Shown in pieces: positions 56,767-64,000 of a DNA stretch of 64,000 nucleotides. The stretch is taken from positions 608,001-672,000 of the forward strand of contig OZ240215.1 of NCBI GenBank assembly GCA_965197585.1. The letters run 5' to 3'. A model generated the notes under the pieces. That model had not been told where the DNA came from, did not search any database, and saw nothing but the letters and a program-made list of their open reading frames with translations. Every line of letters starts with the position of its first letter. The stretch's first letter is position 1. A program made the translations under genes and the position numbers. The stretch comes from Dehalococcoidia bacterium (GTDB lineage Bacteria; Chloroflexota; Dehalococcoidia; Plut-88900).

Positions 56767-56976
56767 GTGTCTGAATCATTTCCTACTTGTCAAGCATGCA
56801 ATAGCGGAGACCTGTTACCGCTTTCGGATTTTGGTGGACAGGGCGCGCCCATACGCTATAAAGCATGGGTATGCAGCAACCCCAAGTGCGGATATAACCT
56901 GAAGATCCGCAACGGCGACGTATTCATCAATGAGCCCATTGGCAGTGGCGTAGGTCACATGCCCAGAGTCCGCTAG
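56767..56976 (+). CDS. Small zinc-ribbon protein; start GTG 56767
   Basis: CQAC...LLPLSDFG...KAWVCSNPKC; GGAGG-rich leader. Confidence 0.8.
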   Translation: MSESFPTCQACNSGDLLPLSDFGGQGAPIRYKAWVCSNPKCGYNLKIRNGDVFINEPIGSGVGHMPRVR

Positions 56977-57017
56977 GGTCTATCCCTCGGCAACCGTAAA
57001 CACTCCTGGCCCGATCA

Positions 57018-57540
57018 CCCGCGATGTCAAAATGTTGATAAACGCGGGCTAATTGAAGCTTGGCAGGCAGTGCCTTTACGCACTAACTCTTGGACGCATT
57101 TCCTGGCACGCCAGGGTGCTCTAGCTCTGCTGAAGTGGTTGCCGGGCGGACTGTTGACTTGTAGTCGGGCTCCCTGCAAACCAATAGCGTAACGTCTATT
57201 GATCCGGCGCATTCGATTCGTCAAGTGTAGCGCCTGATGAATTGAGTGATTCACATTCACACTGTAATTAGCCGGTTCATTAGTAGCCCTTGTAACACTG
57301 TCGGTGTCTTGGGGCTGGACTAGAAGAAGTGGCGCATTGTGGTTGTGTGGTCTTGACGGCTGGATTGTTTTATGTGGTGCAGCCGGCTTTTGACAGGAGA
57401 CATAGCAACCGTCGAGCCTTCCTGCGCCTCAAATGCTATTGGGGATCGGAAAACCTCCCAGCTGATGCTCTCAAATGTCTATCAGTGTGCTGCATTGCTC
57501 AACAATGAGAATAAATCTTTTGCATGGCAAAAGGCCCAGA
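57018..57540 (+). ncRNA. Candidate large structured non-coding RNA (unclassified)
   Basis: About 12 consecutive stem-loops with G-U pairs on the + strand and no credible ORF; see findings. Confidence 0.4.
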
Positions 57541-57596
57541 TTGCGGCGCCTATAGGCGTGTGCTACCATCTCGCCGAGCATCTAAGGAGGACATAG

Positions 57597-57893
57597 TTGC
57601 TAGACCTGCTAGTTCTGGGCGCAATCAGGGACGTAGTTTTAATCGTCTTTTTCGGTATGGGAACCTTGCTCGTCGTTCTCCTGATCCTGATTGCCTTCCT
57701 CTTCTACCGCAAGATGGGTGGATTGATAGACGCTGCCAAGGGTAACTTGGAGAATACTCGGGTCACCTTGGGAAACGTCGCAGCGTCGTCTACCATGATC
57801 ACTGATGCGGTGGTGAAACCACTCATCAAGACGTGGGGTATGGCTGCAGGCGCCAAAAAGGCGTTGTCCTTTCTCAGCAAGTTTTCCAGGTAA
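57597..57893 (+). CDS. Membrane protein (DUF948-like TM plus helical tail)
   Basis: AAGGAGG RBS; long N-terminal TM; adjacent to a YtxH-like gene. Confidence 0.7.
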   Translation: MLDLLVLGAIRDVVLIVFFGMGTLLVVLLILIAFLFYRKMGGLIDAAKGNLENTRVTLGNVAASSTMITDAVVKPLIKTWGMAAGAKKALSFLSKFSR

Positions 57894-57989
57894 TAGCGCC
57901 GGCCCGACTACGGCGAACTATACCGCCTTCAATTAGTCCACCGGGAACTGCGTCCCGGCATTTTCACTGAAGCAAAAGGGGTTATTGTC

Positions 57990-58247
57990 ATGTTTGCTTT
58001 CATCATAGGTTTCTTAATGGGTGGCGCAGCTGGAGCTACGATTGTCTTAGCGACAGCGCCACAGTTCCAACACAAGGAAGAGAACGGTCAGGCCCCCGAG
58101 GCCTCGGGCCCGACCTTCCAGAAGGAGCTCAAGGCGCGCATCGACGGGGCCATCATTGTTGGGAAGAAGGCAGCAGCCGAGAAAGTTTCAGAGCTGGATG
58201 AGATGGTGAAACGTCGTAGGGGAGCAGTGCCTGAGGAACAGGAATAA
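57990..58247 (+). CDS. YtxH-like protein
   Basis: FIIGFLMGGAAGA...LA.AP followed by a charged helix. Confidence 0.75.
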   Translation: MFAFIIGFLMGGAAGATIVLATAPQFQHKEENGQAPEASGPTFQKELKARIDGAIIVGKKAAAEKVSELDEMVKRRRGAVPEEQE

Positions 58248-58305
58248 TCTGGGGTTGCCCTACTGGTTTATATCGGCACTTGCCTATCATGCAGGCTAGT
58301 GAAGC

Positions 58306-59133
58306 CTATTCAGAGAAACGTGGGTAAGAGCCGAACACTCTGAACCGAGAAGTGATGCGTTCCACATGATCTAACGCCTCGCGCACCGGGGGGTCCTCCC
58401 TGTGTCCGTACAGGTCCACCAGGAAGATGTAGCGGCCAAGGGCATCCTTGGAGGGGCGGGAATGGATCTTGCTCAGATTGATGTCCCTTTGGGCGAACTC
58501 ACTCAGCACCTCCACCAAGGCTCCCGGCCTGTCCTCTTCGAACGAGAAACAGAGGGACGTGCGGTCCGACCCGGTATGAGAATGGTCTCCCGAGGCCAGC
58601 ACCACGAACCGGGTCTCGTTGTTCATCGTCTCCTGAATGTCCGAAGCCAGCACGTGGACGCCGTAAATGTCTGCCGCTCGTCTTGTGGCTACAGCAGCCA
58701 CAGATCCGTCACTCTTCTTAACTTCCTCAACGCCTGCTGCGGTGCTGAGGGCTGCTTCCATCTGGGCTTTGGGAAAGCACCTTTCCAGGAATCCCCGGCT
58801 CTGACCGAGTGCTTGCGGGTGGGAATACACCACCTTGATGTCGTTGGCTTGGGCGCCGGGAAGCACCAGCAGACAGTGACGTATGGGAAGAACTACTTCA
58901 TATCTTATGGCCAGTTGAGAGCCATGAATGAGCAGGTCCAGTGTGTCGGTCACCGAGCCTTCGATACTGTTCTCGATAGCCACCACCCCTTCTTCGACCA
59001 TTCCTGATACCACAGCCGATCCCACGGCTGATATCGATGGCAGTGGCACAAAGTTGGCGTGAGGGTCATATAGGATGGCAGCCTCCTCGGTGAAGGTGCC
59101 TCGGGGGCCCAGGTAACCCAGACGCTTACTCAT
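58306..59133 (-). CDS. pheA: Prephenate dehydratase
   Basis: YLGPRGTFTE, IENSIEGSV, SHPQAL, NETRF, DRPGAL, NLSKI.SRP, GSYP. Confidence 0.96.
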   Translation of the reverse strand: MSKRLGYLGPRGTFTEEAAILYDPHANFVPLPSISAVGSAVVSGMVEEGVVAIENSIEGSVTDTLDLLIHGSQLAIRYEVVLPIRHCLLVLPGAQANDIKVVYSHPQALGQSRGFLERCFPKAQMEAALSTAAGVEEVKKSDGSVAAVATRRAADIYGVHVLASDIQETMNNETRFVVLASGDHSHTGSDRTSLCFSFEEDRPGALVEVLSEFAQRDINLSKIHSRPSKDALGRYIFLVDLYGHREDPPVREALDHVERITSRFRVFGSYPRFSE

Positions 59134-59810
59134 ACGCCATCCGAGGAATTATCCCCGAAGAGAGCTGAACGCAGCATCTCCTCGTCTTCCGTTGCAGTTA
59201 CCGCGATAACCTCGTCATGCTCGTTGAGCACCAGATCGGGACTCGGCGCCATCGGCACGCCCTCTTTGTTTATGATCAAGGATATGAACGTCCCTGATGG
59301 AAGGTTGAGATCCCCGAGACGTCTGCTTTGGATGTCGAGGTCGCTTGGTATCTTTACAGACACAAGTGCAGCTCCCGAAGCGTCAAAGTCCAACAGCGGT
59401 ACGGAGGCCTGATCAGGAAGCTGGTGTTCTATGTATGAGAGTATCAGGCGAGTTATGCTGATGGTGACGTCCACGCCCAGTTTCTTGAATAGGGACTCAT
59501 TACGCGGGTCGTTAACTATCGCAATTGTGCGAGACACCCGGAACCTGGTCTTGGCAACCTGACAAGCCGTGAGGTTGTCCTTGTCCTGGCCGGTTGTGGC
59601 GATCAGGGTATCTGCACGAGATGCTCCAGCGGCCTCCAACACGGTCGCCTCGCACCCGTCCCCCCGCAACACCACGTCTCCCAGATCTCTACCGAGCTCA
59701 GCGCTGCGTTCCCGGTCCTGTTCTATTATCAGCACCTCATGGGATCGTGCGAGCAGGTTCTTGGCCAAATGGTATGCGACCGAACTCCCTCCGACCAGCA
59801 AGATGTACAA
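59130..59810 (-). CDS. trkA: TrkA-family RCK protein (TrkA_N plus TrkA_C)
   Basis: ILLVGG..V, GDG, ATTGQDKDN, C-terminal RCK-C domain. Confidence 0.88.
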   Translation of the reverse strand: MYILLVGGSSVAYHLAKNLLARSHEVLIIEQDRERSAELGRDLGDVVLRGDGCEATVLEAAGASRADTLIATTGQDKDNLTACQVAKTRFRVSRTIAIVNDPRNESLFKKLGVDVTISITRLILSYIEHQLPDQASVPLLDFDASGAALVSVKIPSDLDIQSRRLGDLNLPSGTFISLIINKEGVPMAPSPDLVLNEHDEVIAVTATEDEEMLRSALFGDNSSDGV

Positions 59811-59820
59811 CTCTACGGGC

Positions 59821-60225
59821 CTACCTCTCTATGGCGTCTCTGAGGAGTTCCACGGTCACTGTGGTCGGGCTGATAGTCTCGAGGCCCAAATCCCGGAACA
59901 GGTCTTTCTGGATCGGGTCATGCAGCCTGCACACCACCTTGGGGACTTTGAATTGAGTCTTCGCCTTTTGGGACGCCAGCAGGTTGCAATTGTCCTCCCG
60001 GGTTGCGGCTACGAACACATCCGTATCATCAATGTCTGCCCGCGCTAAATCGTCGTCGTCGGTCCCGTCCCCGATTAAAGCGTTACCGCGAAATCCGGGC
60101 CCCAGAAAACGGAAACTGTCCTCGTCAACATCCATGACCGTAACCTTATGCCCCTCGGCATCCAGGACAGTTCCCAGCCTTCCTCCGACTCTGCCGCACC
60201 CGACGATAACTACATTCATGTCCAA
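59821..60225 (-). CDS. trkA: TrkA_N-only RCK protein
   Basis: VIVGCGRVG, GDG, AATREDN.N, TISPT. Confidence 0.88.
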   Translation of the reverse strand: MDMNVVIVGCGRVGGRLGTVLDAEGHKVTVMDVDEDSFRFLGPGFRGNALIGDGTDDDDLARADIDDTDVFVAATREDNCNLLASQKAKTQFKVPKVVCRLHDPIQKDLFRDLGLETISPTTVTVELLRDAIER

Positions 60226-60282
60226 TTCCCAAGGTTCATTGCGATCCTACTTTGTGGGCTGAGGCAAGACCCGGGCGCCCTG

Positions 60283-60717
60283 CTATCCTGCCCCGTTCAT
60301 AGGGCCACGGTAAAGCCACACGTGGCAGGTGGCGTTCTCCAGCACGTAGGGCGCCGCACTGCCGAGTGTGAACTCGCCATACTTTCTTTCATATAGGGTG
60401 TTCATCACGACGAGGTCGATTCGCCTGTCGATGGCGGCCTTGACCACCCCCAGTCCGGCGTTTCGTGCTTGCACAACCTCGGTCTGGACGGAGGTGTGCT
60501 GGCTTTTGGCCACGCTCTCCATATAGTCCAGTACGGCCTCGGCTTTGCGCACCTCCAGCCCCATCTCGGCGTCCAGGGGATAGGACCAGGGCACCTCAAT
60601 GACGTATAGGACGAACACTGCGCCATTGCTCTCCTGTGCGAAGCTGCACGCCAGCGCAATGGCCTCCTCGTCGGCGGTATTGCCGTCCACCGCTACCATG
60701 ATTCGTCTATATATCAT
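60283..60717 (-). CDS. Universal stress protein
   Basis: RIMVAVDG, DLVVM, LGS...YVL.NA.C.V. Confidence 0.9.
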   Translation of the reverse strand: MIYRRIMVAVDGNTADEEAIALACSFAQESNGAVFVLYVIEVPWSYPLDAEMGLEVRKAEAVLDYMESVAKSQHTSVQTEVVQARNAGLGVVKAAIDRRIDLVVMNTLYERKYGEFTLGSAAPYVLENATCHVWLYRGPMNGAG

Positions 60718-60761
60718 TGCTTGCTATTTTAACTCGCAGAGACTCTTAGGTGGCGTTCTAA

Positions 60762-61349
60762 TCACCTGTTCGGGTTGCGTATTTTCAACTGCTCGATGTG
60801 TAGCCCCACCAGGTTGTTGGTTGACTCCCGTAGGAGTTCCAGCTCATCCATGCTTAGCTTGTCAAGGTCTTCCAAGTTCCGCTTGATCGTGGTTATCAAT
60901 TCAACTTCCGTGCGCTCCCGCCTACGCATGAAGAAGACTGTTACGCTGGCGATAATTGCTCCGTAAAAGATAATGGTACCGATGATCGACCATGCGCCCC
61001 CTACTACGCTTCCCCAGAAAGTGTCGGGTCTCCAGTTGTTGCCGTGGGTCTGCATCGTGAAGATTGCCCACCACAGTGCGTCCACGAATCCATCTACGTT
61101 GGCGTTGCTGTCTCTCTCCAGGAAGTAAATCAGCGTAGCCACCAAACCTGCTAGGAAAGCAACGACGGACAAGGAAAGTAGCAAGGGGGTCTCGGTGAAA
61201 ACCACCTTCCAAAAATTCAGCACCCCTGGCAGCCTAGGTCTTAGCCTAAGCGGATGATGAGATCGGACCTTTCGCCGAAGTACGTCGTCGCCCAGCTTGT
61301 CGGTGCCCAGGCGCTCGAACCGATCAGCCGTAAGGCGTTGTCGCTTCAC
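60762..61349 (-). CDS. Two-TM ion-channel (KcsA-like) protein with an atypical filter; start GTG 61349
   Basis: TM-IYFLE...N...F.DALWWAIFTMQTHGNNWRP.T.WG-TM. Confidence 0.8.
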   Translation of the reverse strand: MKRQRLTADRFERLGTDKLGDDVLRRKVRSHHPLRLRPRLPGVLNFWKVVFTETPLLLSLSVVAFLAGLVATLIYFLERDSNANVDGFVDALWWAIFTMQTHGNNWRPDTFWGSVVGGAWSIIGTIIFYGAIIASVTVFFMRRRERTEVELITTIKRNLEDLDKLSMDELELLRESTNNLVGLHIEQLKIRNPNR

Positions 61350-61482
61350 TTGTCCCCCCTCCGCCGACAAACCCAATTATAGGCTTGGCCTTTTTGGGCA
61401 CGCAAGGCGATTTGTGGATGCGGTGTTCCATACTTGACCCGGCCCCTACACGCACCGGCACGCTGGCAGCTAGACTATCTCT

Positions 61483-61776
61483 ATGGATGAGAAACCTGGA
61501 GAGAGTGCAAGGCTTACTGCCATTGTCAGGGGTCGGGTGCAGGGGGTGTTCTTCCGTTACTTTGTTCAAGAGGCGGCTAACAAGATGGGATTGACCGGAT
61601 ACGCATACAATCGGGGCGACGGCCGATCTGTGGAAGTCGTTGCTGAAGGGGAGAGACCTGATTTGGAAGTCCTTTTACGCCAACTTCACGTCGGGCCGCC
61701 GGACGCGATGGTGGAGACAGTGGAAGCCTCTTGGTCTCCTGCCGAGGGGACGTTTCACGGGTTCCGGGTGGGATAA
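61483..61776 (+). CDS. acyP: Acylphosphatase
   Basis: GRVQGVFFR, GYAYN..DG.SVEVVAEG, GPP.A.V. Confidence 0.95.
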   Translation: MDEKPGESARLTAIVRGRVQGVFFRYFVQEAANKMGLTGYAYNRGDGRSVEVVAEGERPDLEVLLRQLHVGPPDAMVETVEASWSPAEGTFHGFRVG

Positions 61777-61788
61777 CGACGGGAGTAT

Positions 61789-63069
61789 TTACAACCCCCA
61801 GTCCAGCATCTGCACTTTGACCACGTCACCTTTGTCTACGGACGCCACATCCTCTGGCACTATGGCCAGGCCGTTGGCCAAGGACATCGAAGTCAGGATG
61901 CCGGAGCCCTGGGGGCCAGTGGTCCGGGCGTAGTATTGCCCGTCCCGCCGGGTGACTACTGCCCGAGCGAAAATCCGCCGTGCGTCAGTGTTTACGATTG
62001 AGTCTTCCATGACGGCGTCCACCGTAGGCTTGTCCAGGTCTTTCTTGCCCTGCATCTTCAGCAGCGCGGGTCTGCCGAACTGCTCGAACGCGATCATGGA
62101 GCTGACGGGGTTGCCTGGAAGGCCCAGGTGGGGAACCTGCCGCATCCGCCCCGAGGTGTCACGGGTCTTCAGCAAACCAAAGGCAAGGGGCCGGGCGGGT
62201 TTCATTTTCACCATCCAGAAGGCGATCTCGCCTTGCTGCGCCAGAACGTCCTTTACGATGTCGTAGTCGCCCTTGGACACCCCCGCCGAGGTAATCACCA
62301 TATCGGCGTCCACGCCCTCGGCTATCTTGGACTTCAGCGATTCCATGTTGTCCCGTGCAATTCCAAGCACCTTTGGAACGCCGCCATAGCGCAGCACCAG
62401 AGATGCCACGCTGTAGTTGTTGCTGTTGTATATCTTGCCCGGTACCAGGGGCTCGCCGACTTCCAGCAGCTCGTCTCCCGTGGCCAGGACGGAGACCACC
62501 GGCTTTCGATACACCTTTGCCGTGGGCTTGCCCAACGAGGCGAGAACCCCTATCTCTGCAGGCCTTAGGGTTGCGCCTGCCTTTACTATCACTGTGCCCG
62601 GCGCCACGTCCTCTCCTGCGCGCCTGATGTTGGAGCCGATGCTCCACGCCTTGCGTATATCGATTCGCTCTACACCTCCGTGCCCCGACGCTGACTTCTG
62701 GTCTTCCTCGTCGGTGTCCTCGAAAGGGACTATGGTGTCGGCGCCATCGGGCATGGCGGCGCCGGTCATGATCCTGATGGCAAGACCCTCGGAAACAGAT
62801 TTCTCGGCGATCTTGCCGGCGGGCAACTCCTCGATTACTTTCAGAGTGATGGGGGACTCGGGGGTTGCGCCGTGGATGTCATCCCAACGGACAGCGTAAC
62901 CATCCATGGCGGTGTTATCCCTTGGCGGGATGGAAAACTCGGAAACCGCGTCCTCAACCAACACCTGCCCCAGACAGTCCAATAGTGGCTTTTCCTCTAC
63001 CTCAAGCAGGTCGACGTAACCAAGAATCTTTTCGAGGGCTTCCTCCACCGTTAGCCAGCCCAAGACCAT
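61789..63069 (-). CDS. moeA: Molybdopterin molybdotransferase MoeA
   Basis: AMDGYA, RIMTGA, NIRRAGED, TGDEL, SAGVSKGDYD, GLPGNPVS, QGSG. Confidence 0.97.
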   Translation of the reverse strand: MVLGWLTVEEALEKILGYVDLLEVEEKPLLDCLGQVLVEDAVSEFSIPPRDNTAMDGYAVRWDDIHGATPESPITLKVIEELPAGKIAEKSVSEGLAIRIMTGAAMPDGADTIVPFEDTDEEDQKSASGHGGVERIDIRKAWSIGSNIRRAGEDVAPGTVIVKAGATLRPAEIGVLASLGKPTAKVYRKPVVSVLATGDELLEVGEPLVPGKIYNSNNYSVASLVLRYGGVPKVLGIARDNMESLKSKIAEGVDADMVITSAGVSKGDYDIVKDVLAQQGEIAFWMVKMKPARPLAFGLLKTRDTSGRMRQVPHLGLPGNPVSSMIAFEQFGRPALLKMQGKKDLDKPTVDAVMEDSIVNTDARRIFARAVVTRRDGQYYARTTGPQGSGILTSMSLANGLAIVPEDVASVDKGDVVKVQMLDWGL

Positions 63070-63158
63070 GCTCGTAGACCTCCATTTGTAATTGAGTGCA
63101 GCGATATAGTGCGGAACTTAAGACATGATATCACGAGGTTATGGCCGTACATGCTTTT

Positions 63159-64000
63159 ATCCCGTTCACATAGAGGAGTGACATCATCCCCTTGACTTCA
63201 TAAGACACATGTTCTATTATTGGGCCAGTCTAGACCCGACACCCACCTTAAGGAGGTACCAAAAACTAGGGAAGCCCACCCGGCCCCTGAGGACTCAACG
63301 TCTAAGCCCATCCCAACGGCCCTCGCGCAGGCCCGCGGCTCAAGCAAAAGTCGCCATCTCCTCATCCCATCGGGTCCCGTGCCCCTTCCCTGACTCCCAG
63401 GCGATGGAAGAAGCCCTGGCTTTTTACTCCCACCCCTCTCCTGCCATCCCCCTCTCCGTCATTCCGGCCCTCGAGCCGGAATCCAGGGGCGGGGTGCACG
63501 GAGAGATTACAACAAGGGTGAAAGGAGATGTACTCGCGGACCGTTTGACCCCCATAGAGAACCGTCTCGAAGTTCGGACCGCATTGCAAGAGTTAGCGCG
63601 CTACGGCGAGGGGGTGCCGGAGGATTTGCTCCATATCACTCCGGCAAACTAGGACATCATCAGTTAGGCTGTGGGGCCACAGCTGGATCACTGGCCCCGT
63701 CGTGCCCATAGCGGCATACAGCCCCGAAGGAGCCTCTGACGGACATCCTGCCCTGGATCGGTCCGTGAATATAATCGAGCAAAGGGCACGGCCGGCTGCA
63801 AGTCCCTCCCTCTCAGGCGGGGCCTGCTCTCCAGGTCCCCCGACAGCCGGAACACCCGCAAAGAGAGAATGCAAAGCCACTTAGAGGGCAAAAGGGCATC
63901 TTCCATCGCCAACCCAAAACCTAACAGACAGAACTGAAACCGAAACCCCACAATCGAAGATGGAACATCCGCCTTGGGTGGATCCGCCTCTGGAGAACTG
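63159..64000 (+). repeat. Dispersed element copy 2 (uninterrupted; may extend past the window end)
   Basis: Same 5' block, promoter TTGACT-17-TATTAT, AAGGAGG, conserved ~230-nt block and A/C-rich tail as copy 1. Confidence 0.88.
63458..63485. repeat. REP-like short palindromic element
   Basis: GTC-ATTCCGGC-cctcga-GCCGGAAT-CCA; absent from copy 1 of the surrounding element. Confidence 0.55.

Noticed and set aside
57027-57596. ORFs 57027-57260 (-) and 57372-57596 (+)
   Set aside because: No RBS, atypical composition and no recognisable motif.
5359-62899. Many long antisense or alternate-frame ORFs (e.g. 5359-6189, 8489-9412, 16543-17328, 26893-27876, 29756-30544)
   Set aside because: Shadow ORFs expected opposite real genes in high-GC DNA; no motifs or RBS.
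1-64000. CRISPR array, rRNA or tRNA genes
   Set aside because: No regularly spaced 23-47 bp repeats, rRNA signatures or cloverleaf with a T-loop motif were seen by eye; tRNAscan or cmscan would be needed to exclude divergent ones.

Overview
GC-rich bacterial chromosome segment. By inference from gene content (cofGH F420 synthesis, three luciferase-like monooxygenases, paired class III CoA-transferases, a Rieske oxygenase, ComDE-like decarboxylase, oadGB) it resembles Chloroflexota, Dehalococcoidia/SAR202-like. About 70 CDSs: housekeeping genes (mnmE, dnaJ, hisAH, pheA, moeA, and thiG-thiO-thiS-thiO under a TPP riboswitch) interleaved with catabolic paralogs. I recognised no rRNA, tRNA or CRISPR array. 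Most notable signals: (1) an AT-richer cassette in which a ~10-TPR protein ending in a VapB-like antitoxin tail precedes a PIN/VapC toxin, a candidate sensor-gated toxin-antitoxin or defence system; (2) two copies of a ~0.75-0.85 kb dispersed element with a sigma70 promoter overlapped by a LexA-like box, a strong RBS without start codon and a conserved A/C-rich tail, one copy interrupted by an rve-type IS; (3) a ~520 nt hairpin-dense intergenic region, a candidate large ncRNA; (4) a DsbA/FrnE selenoprotein (UPWC, in-frame TGA plus SECIS-like hairpin) truncated by the ORF track; (5) a 2-TM channel with a non-canonical filter (THGNN) upstream of USP-TrkA-TrkA; (6) four genes that appear to start at ATA/ATT/ATC; (7) unannotated small Zn-finger proteins and a stand-alone GHKL ATPase bracketed by long palindromes. 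All calls are by eye from motifs; no database search or folding program was run.
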